NCBI GenBank assembly: GCA_027487515.1
Contig: JAIYDL010000020.1
Location: 90,371-154,370 of the forward strand
Origin: Pseudomonadota bacterium
GTDB lineage: Bacteria > Bdellovibrionota > Bacteriovoracia > Bacteriovoracales > Bacteriovoracaceae
Length of the DNA: 64,000 nucleotides
Reading direction: 5' to 3'
A program made the position numbers and the translations under genes. This document shows positions 29,201 to 37,819 of the stretch, piece after piece. The first letter of the stretch is position 1; each line of letters starts with the position of its first letter. Under the pieces are notes generated by a model. It had not been told where the DNA came from and did no database searches. It saw nothing but the letters and a program-made list of their open reading frames with translations.

Positions 29201-30601
29201 ATCGGAATGCCTCACATGGCCCCGTTCGGATTCAACTACGCTCCGTATGGCATCAGCTGCTCAAACGTCGCGGCCTGCACCATCGCTCCCGTTGACGGCG
29301 ACGGCTCGGTGGCAACCCTCGAATTCATCAACCGCCTTAGCACGGGCGAAACCATCACGATCAACGGCTACGTCTTCACCGCCTCCGATACTCCTTCTGC
29401 GGGAGTGGATCTCATCTGCAGCTCCAATGCCTGCGCCACCGAAAACTCGGCGGCGTCGAATCTTGCAGATAAGATCAACAACTCGACCGCCTCGGCGCTC
29501 CACGGGATCACCGCTGTATCGGTCGGGGCCACCGTCGAGCTCTACTCCCAGTACGACGAAGACTTCATCGACTTCGACGGAACCATGATCGGGACGATCA
29601 ATGCTCCGGGCCTCGTCGTTGCCAACGGAGGCCTGGGCCGAATCTTCTTAAACGGCGGGCGCTGGCACCTACCGATGATCAACTCCTCTCTGGGGGGTAG
29701 TGAGCAGAACAACGTCACCGTTGTGTCCGGAACCGCCGATGTTCACCTGCGGAGCGCGGGCCTTGCGATCAGCGCGAATGACACGCTCACAGAAATGGGC
29801 CGAACCGCTGCCTTCGACGCGAAAGTCAACTTAAGCGGCGAGCTCGTGATTGCTCGGATTTCCGGTGAGCTCAACAACGCCGGTGCCCTCTCGATCTACC
29901 GGTACACCCTCTCGGGCATGGACTGGGTCCTCTTCGACACGACGGGAGGCATTGCCACCGACCGGGCCTCCCAAGAAATTTTCTCCGGGCTCTCGTTCCA
30001 GTCGGTTCGCCTCGCGACCAACGCCGTCGGAAATACCTACTACTACGTCCTCGCCCAAGAACAGGTGAGCTCCGGCAGCGACTACTTCATCGGGCGCTAC
30101 AATCCAAACCTCGACACCGCTGCCTCGTTCACGGAGAACGTCCTCACGACGAAGGTCAGTGGCGCAACCTCACAAACCATGATCACGAACACCCGACTCC
30201 TCGTGCCCGACCTGGTCTCAGTCCCTGGTCTGGCGGAGGCCAGGATCTTCTTCAACTCCGTCGGATCCGGCGTGGTCTCCTACCCTCGGGTCGCCCGCTG
30301 GCGCACCGATGACACCGTCACCTGCGGAACCTGCTTCTCTCTCATCGGAAACCTCGAGCACCGGCAGACCGCCAGGATTGGTCTCTCTCAAGTCGTGAGT
30401 GACCTCACCCTCGGGGCCATCGGGTCCACCGCAAGTGAGAATGTGAACGACGTGGTCTTCGCTCTCTTTAGCTCTGACACCACAGCAACGGATACATTTA
30501 AGCCCCAGATCGGTGTGCTGAACATGGAACCCGAAGCGATTCACTCAACCGCTGTGGATGCTTCCGGGCTCTTCCAACCACCGTTCATTTTAGATCAGTA
30601 G
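26222..30601 (+). CDS. giant surface lipoprotein (1459 aa), function unknown
   Basis: Lipobox LFLFAACVPQ. Thr/Ser/Asn/Gly-rich, beta-rich composition with no catalytic motif I recognise. Confidence 0.8.
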   Translation: MVGLNTFWIALGTLFLFAACVPQTKQTECGSNEAFNASLRTCVPVVGGPSSFLTIDTYSPSFTQTRTKGDTTPLQFTVSVANPYNQSYTLSWEKVFNAAPESICSNSHTCTLIASLYDVGSHIITAKVVAANGSVVDTHSFELKITNLPKPSVNTTTLTPSTYAFDKLPTDPRVQFSFTIRNPLDSGFSMNASDNYRTSWSVIKNGSTIYSETDTFTNFTNGGTNTAFLGTPPTPYFNPATIGVGTYIVRAAVQNDNPGEIVAEYQWNVNVRQPDLANVSGIGFPAPGVAVTAHNNVGYNDYPTLSWIYGTGSPASRPLFCVTVDDADGTYAGDGKSIQVRWYLNSTGAEICTKKTSDSLGTGATQQICLVDALSNCENSGAPFDTNILDLANTAATVTQNQKVTARLFDEATSYEFERSDVLPNNGSYPVEWLVTVKPVNVAPTVTFGSINPTGCTTTSAFSRTGCQVDQGTAFTLSFTVSDDFYSASALEEEFQWDLRLRHNGSDITTNQAGATTSCSKAFGATTPAYTTQWTCSLMVPHHIPSGPLNPASGTYQAVLTLSDSGSPVGGDDMVSPNLTWSFIVRERNPSGIVLTAQSILAGQSNIQSIQSGLTVTLNPGDPTSFARELDSILFNMYVTDTEVDNLQYQVSLCTDNTSSCTTSVPVSSNGSTSSPSSWVNFTRTIDTDPLQVTGTLYQLPEDLLIGRLATKVDINRDTSHLVHFKVDVKDIMSTSGSTAPSTVTDSEVFRVYVRNYNPAPVINTATAAPAVGSTTIVYSGYQFSIDPGSVTDASGPGSERDLKYQWYSRFSAGAWTAITSATDRLLRYTPGNVTGTIELQLCVGDNTAANPLAAPGTGTCAGTWYVTPKPYLYNQPATGSGSLGNELAVWYDDTNTVPNTNVIYSAYVDQNLDVFVEKTVRDTSGNIVLTTQTIQFEALDSGTPSIVTNLSIAGSADSVYVAYIASTSSAPNTLIPRIRRIDKSFEVAGRRKIGMPHMAPFGFNYAPYGISCSNVAACTIAPVDGDGSVATLEFINRLSTGETITINGYVFTASDTPSAGVDLICSSNACATENSAASNLADKINNSTASALHGITAVSVGATVELYSQYDEDFIDFDGTMIGTINAPGLVVANGGLGRIFLNGGRWHLPMINSSLGGSEQNNVTVVSGTADVHLRSAGLAISANDTLTEMGRTAAFDAKVNLSGELVIARISGELNNAGALSIYRYTLSGMDWVLFDTTGGIATDRASQEIFSGLSFQSVRLATNAVGNTYYYVLAQEQVSSGSDYFIGRYNPNLDTAASFTENVLTTKVSGATSQTMITNTRLLVPDLVSVPGLAEARIFFNSVGSGVVSYPRVARWRTDDTVTCGTCFSLIGNLEHRQTARIGLSQVVSDLTLGAIGSTASENVNDVVFALFSSDTTATDTFKPQIGVLNMEPEAIHSTAVDASGLFQPPFILDQ

Positions 30602-30632
30602 GAAATTCCCTCGAAGCTGGTATGATGAAGAC

Positions 30633-31520
30633 ATGCGTTTTCGTCATACCCTCTTCGCTCTTCTCTTGACCGTCGCCTACAGCGCCGAGGCGTTCGAGCT
30701 GATCATGATTCAGGCCGTGTCCGAATCTCGGAAGACGTTCATCACCCGAAACGGCAAGCGCCAAGGGGTCGAGATCGGGATGACGGCGACGTTCACGGCG
30801 GAGGACGTTTCCGTTCTAGCGAGGGCGGTGAACGTCTCTGGGAACTTCACCCAGTGGCAGCTCCTGAACATCGACGCCGTCCTCCCCTTCGAGAAGGGAG
30901 CGGTGATCACGTACTACCCGGCGACGGAGTACATCTGGGCCCTGGCCCCGGAGTCTGAGCGTCGGAAGTACATTAAGACTCAGATTAAAAAGTCCCGGGC
31001 CTCCATGGTTTTCAAAGGCGCCCTGACCCGGGGAATCTCCGAGTCCGTCTCTGAAGCTCCAGCGAATACTCCTCGCCGCGGGGGTTACCTGGCCGAAGTG
31101 TTCTACGAGCGCGACCTCTTCGGAGACTTTGCCTGGGACGCGGGCCTGCGCTACGAGCGCGAAGTGATCAATTATAGCGGGGCTTCGCTTCTGACCCAGC
31201 GGAACCTGGCCATGGTCAACCTCATCTACTACTTCGACTCCTTCCGAGACTACGTCGCCGGAGGCCGGATTTACCTCTCCGGCGGGATCGGGTACGGGCT
31301 CTCGAACACGACGACGGTGGGTCTATCCCAAGCGGGACCTGTGTCCATGATCCCATCGTTTAAGCTGGGCATCAGTCTCCCCTTCAACGACACCTGGGAG
31401 TTCGTCCTCGACAACGCCTTCGAATCCTTGAGCACCCGTGAGGAACAAGAAGACGGCAACATCCAAACCACCAACCAAACCAACTACAAAGTTGGCTTCG
31501 GACTGCGGCGTTTTTTCTAA
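30633..31520 (+). CDS. outer-membrane beta-barrel-like protein
   Basis: Signal peptide, alternating hydrophobic pattern in the C-terminal half, terminal ...GFGLRRFF. Lies 31 nt after the giant lipoprotein gene. Confidence 0.6.
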   Translation: MRFRHTLFALLLTVAYSAEAFELIMIQAVSESRKTFITRNGKRQGVEIGMTATFTAEDVSVLARAVNVSGNFTQWQLLNIDAVLPFEKGAVITYYPATEYIWALAPESERRKYIKTQIKKSRASMVFKGALTRGISESVSEAPANTPRRGGYLAEVFYERDLFGDFAWDAGLRYEREVINYSGASLLTQRNLAMVNLIYYFDSFRDYVAGGRIYLSGGIGYGLSNTTTVGLSQAGPVSMIPSFKLGISLPFNDTWEFVLDNAFESLSTREEQEDGNIQTTNQTNYKVGFGLRRFF

Positions 31521-31673
31521 ACAAAGAACTTACGATCGTCTAGAAACTCGAGTTCGATTCCAGTGAATCTTTATATTCCATGATGATCACAATGGGCTCC
31601 GGTTCCGACGAACCATGCTCACCAAGCGTGCTAAACGGACTGCGGAACGCCTACTCATGTATCTTACGAAAAT

Positions 31674-32402
31674 CTAAAGAACATTAGCGCAAGCCTCCGC
31701 GCTAACGAAACGCTCGCCGGTGGGCTGATTCGTACTCATGTTGTAAATGGCATGCGCTCCGCCATCCCAGTTGCAACCAAAACCTCGGCGAGATTTTTGA
31801 GTCGTGGCGGTGCAGGTGGCGATGTCGGTGTAACCGTTCCCAGCGAGACCGAGTACGGTATTCGTGCTCGCAATGATGGGCTGGAAATTGCTTCCTCCCC
31901 AGTTGCAGATCAACCCGCGACCGGCCCGCTGAGCGGCTTTGCCACAGTCGCTCAAAGAATTGAACCCGTGACCAACCTTTCCAATCGCTATGTTACTCCG
32001 CAAAACGTACGGCTGATAGTTAGACCCGTTCCAGTTACAAGCGAACTCTCGACCGGAAAGCTGTACCGATTGGTTACATCCTGCCAGATCATTGAAGCCT
32101 TTGCCATCCTCGCCAAAGCCCCGGTTCGTCTGAATGTGGTAGGGCTGAAAGTTAAAACCGTTCCAGTTGCAAACCAAATTCCGGGAGGCGCTTGATACTG
32201 CTTCATCGCAGTTTGCCTGCGAATTAAATCCTTTTCCGGGCTTACCGATGAACTGTCGATCACTCCGTCGGAGCGGCTGGTAGTTCATCCCATTCCAGCT
32301 GCAAACCAGACTACTTTCGCCCCGATCCTCCGGGCGCACATCCCTTCCCTGAGCGAAAACGATCGTAGGAAGTATAAGGATACTGACTAATCCCAGTTTC
32401 AT
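31674..32402 (-). CDS. secreted protein built of five tandem 44-aa two-Cys repeats
   Basis: Start chosen at MKLGLVSILILP (GTGAGG lies 5 nt upstream). Repeats begin [LF]xC[SN]W[NGD]G. Confidence 0.7.
   Translation of the reverse strand: MKLGLVSILILPTIVFAQGRDVRPEDRGESSLVCSWNGMNYQPLRRSDRQFIGKPGKGFNSQANCDEAVSSASRNLVCNWNGFNFQPYHIQTNRGFGEDGKGFNDLAGCNQSVQLSGREFACNWNGSNYQPYVLRSNIAIGKVGHGFNSLSDCGKAAQRAGRGLICNWGGSNFQPIIASTNTVLGLAGNGYTDIATCTATTQKSRRGFGCNWDGGAHAIYNMSTNQPTGERFVSAEACANVL
31677..32309 (-). repeat. 4 x 132-nt plus one 105-nt tandem coding repeats (44/44/44/44/35 aa)
   Basis: LVCSWNGMNYQP.. / LVCNWNGFNFQP.. / FACNWNGSNYQP.. / LICNWGGSNFQP.. / FGCNWDGGAHAI.. Cys at repeat positions 3 and 34 (3 and 31 in the last repeat). 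Confidence 0.8.
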
Positions 32403-32846
32403 AAATGCCTCACTTATTAAAAACATGACTCGACCTCGATTGCTATTCGTACCCAGGAGGTCTGAGTCCCGTTGGGGGTTCGTCGAATCCTACACTTGAT
32501 ATTGATCGCCAACACACTCTCTAAAAAAGTTACCCATCGGGGGTGTAAAAGACTTATACAATGGTGAGCTCAAGACGAATGGAAGCGAGGGAAAGATGAA
32601 ATCACGAAGGAAGCATCGGATATCAAGATTTATATTGAACATCCGATGAGCGCCCGAAAGAACATGCCTGCATCATTTACACCAACTCAGGACTGGATGC
32701 CGAACATCAAAAACGATGATCGATCACTGCGAAGAGAAGAAGAAGATCTGCCAAGAAGTCTAGAGCGTCATGGAGCGCAAGGATCCGCGGTTTAACAGAT
32801 TCTTCGTAGGTTCCAAAACACATTCTCGTAGAAGTATCCTGGCACC

Positions 32847-33797
32847 CTACTTCTTAAGGCCAATTTCCTGCAAACGGATGTTGAGCCAATCGTTGGAATT
32901 GATCGGTTCGTATTTCTCTCCCGTGCCACGGCAAGAAGGAATACACGACAAAATTGTGTCTGGATTCGGATGGGTGAAGAACGGCATCGAATAGCGGGTG
33001 TCTGTGGCAACGTCCGGGTTCACGACACGGTGAGTGGTTGCCGGGATCACGTCATTCGTGATGCGAGAAAGCATGTCCCCGGAGTCAATCACGAGTTGCT
33101 TTTCGTTGCACATCACCGGAAGCCATTTGCCGTCGCGGTCCAAGAGTTCGAGGCCGGCCGAAGTCGCACCGACCATGACCGTAATGAGGTTGATGTCTTC
33201 GTGGGCCGCCGCACGGACAGCGTTCTTCGGAGCGTCTGGTGAAAGCGGTGGGTAGTGGATGGCCCGGATGATGGAGTTCCCGTCCTGAAGCATGTCCCGG
33301 AAATATCTTTGAGGAACATCGAGCGCCATCCCGAGAGAGTCGAGGATCAGGTTCGAGGTCATGTCCATCCCACCGAAAAACTTGAGCATCACGTCCCGGA
33401 ACTCTGGGAGCTCTCCGGGCCAGATGTTTTCAGGGAAGAACTGGCGGAACCGGGCCTCGTTCACAAGCGTCTCTCGACCTACGTGCCAGAACTCTTTGAG
33501 GTCCGGGAACTTCGAGTTCCGGGCGTGTTCGACACCGAAGGCCGTGTAGCCTCGCTGACCGCCGCCCTCTTTACAGACGTATTTCTTTTTCGTTTCAACC
33601 GGAAGGTGGAAGAACTCGTGCACGAGATCATAGGCCCTGGAGGTTAGCGCATGATCGACGGGATGATCCACGAGAACAATAAAGCCGTAGTCTTTGAGGC
33701 CCCGGAAGAGTTCGTTGGTGAAGGTCACCTTGTCGTTATTGGTTCCATTCACAAAACTCATCAGACTAAGTTCAGGTACGCGACGAACGGCTTCCAT
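32847..33797 (-). CDS. 2-oxoglutarate/Fe(II)-dependent oxygenase (isopenicillin-N-synthase-like family)
   Basis: HEDINLITVM (HxD) ... ATTHRV, with family-typical length and N-terminal region. Confidence 0.8.
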   Translation of the reverse strand: MEAVRRVPELSLMSFVNGTNNDKVTFTNELFRGLKDYGFIVLVDHPVDHALTSRAYDLVHEFFHLPVETKKKYVCKEGGGQRGYTAFGVEHARNSKFPDLKEFWHVGRETLVNEARFRQFFPENIWPGELPEFRDVMLKFFGGMDMTSNLILDSLGMALDVPQRYFRDMLQDGNSIIRAIHYPPLSPDAPKNAVRAAAHEDINLITVMVGATSAGLELLDRDGKWLPVMCNEKQLVIDSGDMLSRITNDVIPATTHRVVNPDVATDTRYSMPFFTHPNPDTILSCIPSCRGTGEKYEPINSNDWLNIRLQEIGLKK

Positions 33798-33960
33798 GTG
33801 GGGCCCCCTTGATGTTGATGGATCTAAATAATCCGGTTCGACGTGGGATGTCTAAGCGAATAATTAGATCGACCCTAGCGATAAAATACTAAGAAAAGAT
33901 TGAACGAATCATTAGGTGAACTTATATGAAAATGACCGAGGTCCTGCCCCCGAGCTAGAC

Positions 33961-34554
33961 TCAGAACTTTCGAAAAACCTTGTAAGACTTATCTACGGGG
34001 CTATACAACATGATAAAATACTTCGCGCCACAGAGCCCATTGTTGGAAACCACAAGGTACGCCGGGAAATCGGCGGCCGCGTTTTTTGGAGCAAACACTG
34101 AGAGGTTCGGATCCAAGACCCCAGCGTTCGAAACGAGCTCCATCGCCTTGCCCTTTGGTACCGGCAAACTGGGTGTGTCGTTTAACTCCAGCATGTTCAT
34201 TCGTTCCGCCCGGCACTCCAAGGGGCCGGTCTTGAAGCGTGACTTCAAATGGACCTCACCCATGCGCTTATTGGCCGAGGCCACGTGCCGTCGGCATTCA
34301 GCTTCGTCGATCCGCTGAGCGGTCGCAACTCCGTTGTGGTAGTTGGACGAGAGGTAGAATTCTTCGGCCTGTTGAGAGAGGACGTTCAAGAGAAGGTAGG
34401 AACTCGAGCCACCTCCTTCAGGGCCGGTGGTCGTGCGGTGGATGAGGACGGCAGTCCCACGGTAGTTCCAGGCCACGGGATCGAACCGCTCCGGAAGGCA
34501 AAGACCTAGGGCCGTGGCCGAATAAAAGGCCAACAGAAACGGCCACGCCTTCAC
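33961..34554 (-). CDS. secreted protein, function unknown
   Basis: GTG start overlapping the yggS stop (GTGA). Signal peptide MKAWPFLLAFYSATALG. Confidence 0.55.
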   Translation of the reverse strand: MKAWPFLLAFYSATALGLCLPERFDPVAWNYRGTAVLIHRTTTGPEGGGSSSYLLLNVLSQQAEEFYLSSNYHNGVATAQRIDEAECRRHVASANKRMGEVHLKSRFKTGPLECRAERMNMLELNDTPSLPVPKGKAMELVSNAGVLDPNLSVFAPKNAAADFPAYLVVSNNGLCGAKYFIMLYSPVDKSYKVFRKF

Positions 34555-35234
34555 TCACTCTCTCCGGTAAACATCATGGTCCCCAATCGAACCCAATCGG
34601 ATCGCTCCCGAACCGCAATCTTATAATCCTGGCTCATCCCCATGCTGGTGAAGAGGCGGACTCCCAGTTCAGTTTCAAGCTTTAATTTTTCAACATTCAA
34701 GTCCTGAAAGCAGCGCCCTGCTTCCGCCTCGAAGTCCTCGGTCCGGAGGGTGCCCATGGTCATGAGCCCGGCGAGCTTTAGCCGCTTGGTCTTCAGCAGA
34801 AGCTCCGCACTCGCCACCAAGTCAGTATACGTTTCAAAGCCCGACTTCTCCTCTTCGTGAGAGGTGTTGAACTGCAGATATACCAGAACGTCATGTTCCA
34901 AACGGCTTTCAGACTTGATGAGCTTCTCGACGCACTCTCGGTCATCAGCGGAATGGATCGCAGAGAGGTTCGGGATGGAGAAGAGGGCATTAATTTTATT
35001 GGTCTGAAGGTGCCCGATCATGTGCCAGCGAAGCTCCGGACACAGGTCGCGCAGGGCCTGGGCCTTCTCGGCCATCTCCTGGACTCGGTTCTCCCCGAAG
35101 TCTCGGTGACCCAGCTCATAGTAAGCGCGGATTTCCTCCAGGGACCTTGTCTTGGAGACAATCAGCAGCTGGCTCGTCCCAAGTTCGCCTCTCACCTTGG
35201 CCAGCTTGCGGGATAGGATTTCTCGAGGGAGCAC
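34551..35234 (-). CDS. yggS: YggS-family pyridoxal-phosphate homeostasis protein
   Basis: LIVSKTRSLEEI...GHRDFGENRVQE...WHMIGHLQTNK. Confidence 0.9.
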   Translation of the reverse strand: MLPREILSRKLAKVRGELGTSQLLIVSKTRSLEEIRAYYELGHRDFGENRVQEMAEKAQALRDLCPELRWHMIGHLQTNKINALFSIPNLSAIHSADDRECVEKLIKSESRLEHDVLVYLQFNTSHEEEKSGFETYTDLVASAELLLKTKRLKLAGLMTMGTLRTEDFEAEAGRCFQDLNVEKLKLETELGVRLFTSMGMSQDYKIAVRERSDWVRLGTMMFTGESE

Positions 35235-35563
35235 TACTCCTCCTCGGCCTTGGTCTTTTTCTTTCGCTTTAGCGAGATCGTCGCCTTGACCTCGAAGTCG
35301 TACTTGTCGATGATCTTGTCGATCTCTCGCGAGACGTCGATTTTATCGAGGTAGGACTTGAGCTCATTCTTCACCCCAGCGATGAACTCAGTCTTCGTGT
35401 TCCGAGCGTTATCCACCAGACCACCGACGATTTCTTTCGGCAGGGGAAGGTCCTTCAGCACCGAGCGCACAGTTTCCTCGGTCATGAACGCGGCCGTGAC
35501 TCCGCTGGCCAGAACCTTTTTCAGGATGCCCTCGACCTTCCCGTCTTTTTCCCCGTCGCTCAT
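35234..35563 (-). CDS. hypothetical 109-aa protein
   Basis: Overlaps both neighbouring genes by 1 nt. Charged helical composition. Confidence 0.55.
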   Translation of the reverse strand: MSDGEKDGKVEGILKKVLASGVTAAFMTEETVRSVLKDLPLPKEIVGGLVDNARNTKTEFIAGVKNELKSYLDKIDVSREIDKIIDKYDFEVKATISLKRKKKTKAEEE

Positions 35564-35991
35564 CAGTAGCTCGCCGCTTTCTTCCCGAACGCTTTCATCG
35601 TGAGCGGAAGGTTCGTGTTCACGAGGGTCTTTTCGATCATCCCAAGGCCCGGGAAGAAACCTTTGAGTTCAACCTCAAGGGAATAGGTCACTTCAGTTTT
35701 TCCACCGACGTCTTTGAGCGTCCAGCGGCCGTTGTTGACCTTCATCAGGTCTCCGGAAACAAGGGACCAGCTGACTTCCAGGTTGGGTCGATGGGCGAGC
35801 TTCAAGACGTAGGAAATTTCTTTGATCAGTGAGAGGTTAAACTTCACCGTTGCTCCCTCACTGGACTCACTCTGGACGTCGATGGAGCGAACTCCCTCCA
35901 CGAACTCTGGGTAGGCACGGTAATCAACGATGGCCCGATAAAACTTTTCTGGTGAAACGTCGTAGATCTCGGTTCTTTCAGCGCGCGCCAT
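35563..35991 (-). CDS. SRPBCC (START/polyketide-cyclase-like) domain protein
   Basis: Length of 142 aa and the pattern FYRAIVDYRAYPEFV...WSL..G......G.W.L. Confidence 0.7.
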   Translation of the reverse strand: MARAERTEIYDVSPEKFYRAIVDYRAYPEFVEGVRSIDVQSESSEGATVKFNLSLIKEISYVLKLAHRPNLEVSWSLVSGDLMKVNNGRWTLKDVGGKTEVTYSLEVELKGFFPGLGMIEKTLVNTNLPLTMKAFGKKAASY

Positions 35992-36005
35992 GGCGTCTTC
36001 CTTTT

Positions 36006-36959
36006 TTAGTATCTCGGTTTCTTATCGAAGTGGTGCTCCGCTCGGATGTGTCTAATTGTACCAGATTCAGAGCGCATCACAATAGAATGGGTGTGGCATC
36101 CCCAGGACTTGAAGATCACTCCGTCGAGGAAATTCCCCGTGGTGACACCCGTCGCACAGAACATGAGATTTCCTTTGGCCAGGTCGTCAATCTTAAAGAG
36201 CCGATTGATGTCCTCGATGCCCATCGCCTTGCCGCGATCGATCTCCCCTTGATTGCGGGGCTTGAGGATTCCTTGGAACTCCCCGCCGATGCACTGGAGC
36301 GCAGCCGCTGCGATGACACCCTCTGGAGCGCCACCGATCCCGAAGAGGATGTCGACACCGGAGTTAGGACTGGCCGTGGCGATCGCCGCCGAGACGTCGC
36401 CGTCGCCGATCAATTGGATCCGTGCACCTGCGGCGCGGATCTCTTCGATCAGGTCCTTGTGCCGTGGACGGTCCAGGACGATGGCCGTGAGATCGGCCAC
36501 TCGGCATTTCTTGATATCGGCCAGGCGCTTAAGGTTTTCCGTGGGTGACTGCCGGATGTCCAGAAGCCCCTTGGCCTCACGACCCGCGGCGAGCTTGAGC
36601 ATGTAGGTGTCCGGGGCATGAAGAAGGTTCCCTGCTTCCCCGATCGCCATCACAGAAATGGAGTTCGGTCCGCCGTGGGCGCAGATGGTGGTTCCTTCGA
36701 GTGGATCCAGAGCGATTTCGAGCTTGGACCCCCGGCCGGAGCCGACTTTTTCTCCGATGTAGAGCATGGGGGCTTCGTCGCGCTCTCCCTCACCGATGAC
36801 CACCGTTGCGTCACAGTCGATGGAGTCGAGCATCGCTCGCATCGCGTCCACCGCCGCTTGATCAGCGGCTTTCTCATCTCCGCGTCCCATGAGACGGGCG
36901 GAGGCGATGGCGGCCATTTCAGTTACTCGAACAAATTCCATAGCTAGGTTACGATTCAT
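36006..36959 (-). CDS. glpX: class II fructose-1,6-bisphosphatase
   Basis: LAMEFVRVTEMAAIASARLMGRGDEKAADQAAVDAMR...DPLEGT. Confidence 0.92.
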   Translation of the reverse strand: MNRNLAMEFVRVTEMAAIASARLMGRGDEKAADQAAVDAMRAMLDSIDCDATVVIGEGERDEAPMLYIGEKVGSGRGSKLEIALDPLEGTTICAHGGPNSISVMAIGEAGNLLHAPDTYMLKLAAGREAKGLLDIRQSPTENLKRLADIKKCRVADLTAIVLDRPRHKDLIEEIRAAGARIQLIGDGDVSAAIATASPNSGVDILFGIGGAPEGVIAAAALQCIGGEFQGILKPRNQGEIDRGKAMGIEDINRLFKIDDLAKGNLMFCATGVTTGNFLDGVIFKSWGCHTHSIVMRSESGTIRHIRAEHHFDKKPRY

Positions 36960-37024
36960 GCGGTTTCTCCCTTAAGAGTCAGACGCCTGAATCATACCTT
37001 GAGTGATCGGGTTTCGGGAACCGA

Positions 37025-37747
37025 TTAGCTCATTTGACGCACCAAGAATGTGCGTACATCGACCGGGAGCAGGTCTTCCGAGATGTGAGAGATGAGATCC
37101 TTGACCCGTGCAACTCTTTCGGCATCTGCGTCCGCGTCAATGTGAAAGACCCATTCGTCCTCGGTGAGGAGGGGGGAGTCAACATTCCTTTTTGAGAGAA
37201 TCCGACCCGTCTTAAGACCGTTGCCATCCTCCCATTCCAAGAATGTTTCGAGGAAGAGGATCTGACACTTCGCGATCTCTCCGTCGCCGTGCTGCCACAC
37301 AAAGATCTCAACTGGCCCGTCAGAGCGCAGCCAATACTTAAGTCGGGCGGGGATCTCGAGACCGTCGTTAAGCTTGTGCAAGGGCTTGAGACGCTTGACC
37401 AGTTCCTCGAGGGAGAGGAAACTCCGGACTTTGTCGAGCACATCCCGTTTTTTCGCGAACTCGACTCCGATGCGGTTGGAGGTGTGCCATTTGACAGTGC
37501 CCACGACATCGAGGTTCTTCCCCAGCCAGTGAATGTTGCCCTTGAGGACGTTCTCTTCTTTAAACCCATGCCCCTCGTCTTTCAGCGAAAGCTGCATTCC
37601 GGTGTGGGAAATGTCTTTGACCTCATACACTCGAGCAGTTTCGTCGGGCTTAAAGGTCAGGTAGCAGAACGGAAACCGAGGCAGAACTCGCTTCTCGTGT
37701 TTCTCGAAGTCACTTTTGATCAGGTTAAAACGTCGTTCCATGGTCAC
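37025..37747 (-). CDS. PilZ domain protein
   Basis: RVLPRFPF ... DISHTGMQL (RxxxR / DxSxxG-type PilZ motifs). Confidence 0.7.
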   Translation of the reverse strand: MTMERRFNLIKSDFEKHEKRVLPRFPFCYLTFKPDETARVYEVKDISHTGMQLSLKDEGHGFKEENVLKGNIHWLGKNLDVVGTVKWHTSNRIGVEFAKKRDVLDKVRSFLSLEELVKRLKPLHKLNDGLEIPARLKYWLRSDGPVEIFVWQHGDGEIAKCQILFLETFLEWEDGNGLKTGRILSKRNVDSPLLTEDEWVFHIDADADAERVARVKDLISHISEDLLPVDVRTFLVRQMS

Positions 37748-37819
37748 CTCATTGTTCTCTTATTGTAGGTGTTCCATTAAGATAAGGAAGCTGGGTAAAA
37801 ATTGTTAAATTGGAATGAC

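Noticed and set aside
31550-31561. gagttcgattcc, which resembles a tRNA T-arm/T-loop and might mark a tRNA or an integration scar.
   Set aside because: The flanking sequence cannot form T-stem, acceptor or anticodon arms, and there is no integrase nearby.
32646-32795. 49-aa ORF (MSARKNMPASF...) and a 17-aa ORF with an 8-bp hairpin (catcggat...atccgatg, about 32616-32650) in the 444-nt intergenic region.
   Set aside because: Neither has a Shine-Dalgarno sequence or a recognisable feature. The region more likely holds the promoter and leader of the repeat-protein gene, and I cannot support an RNA or a peptide here.
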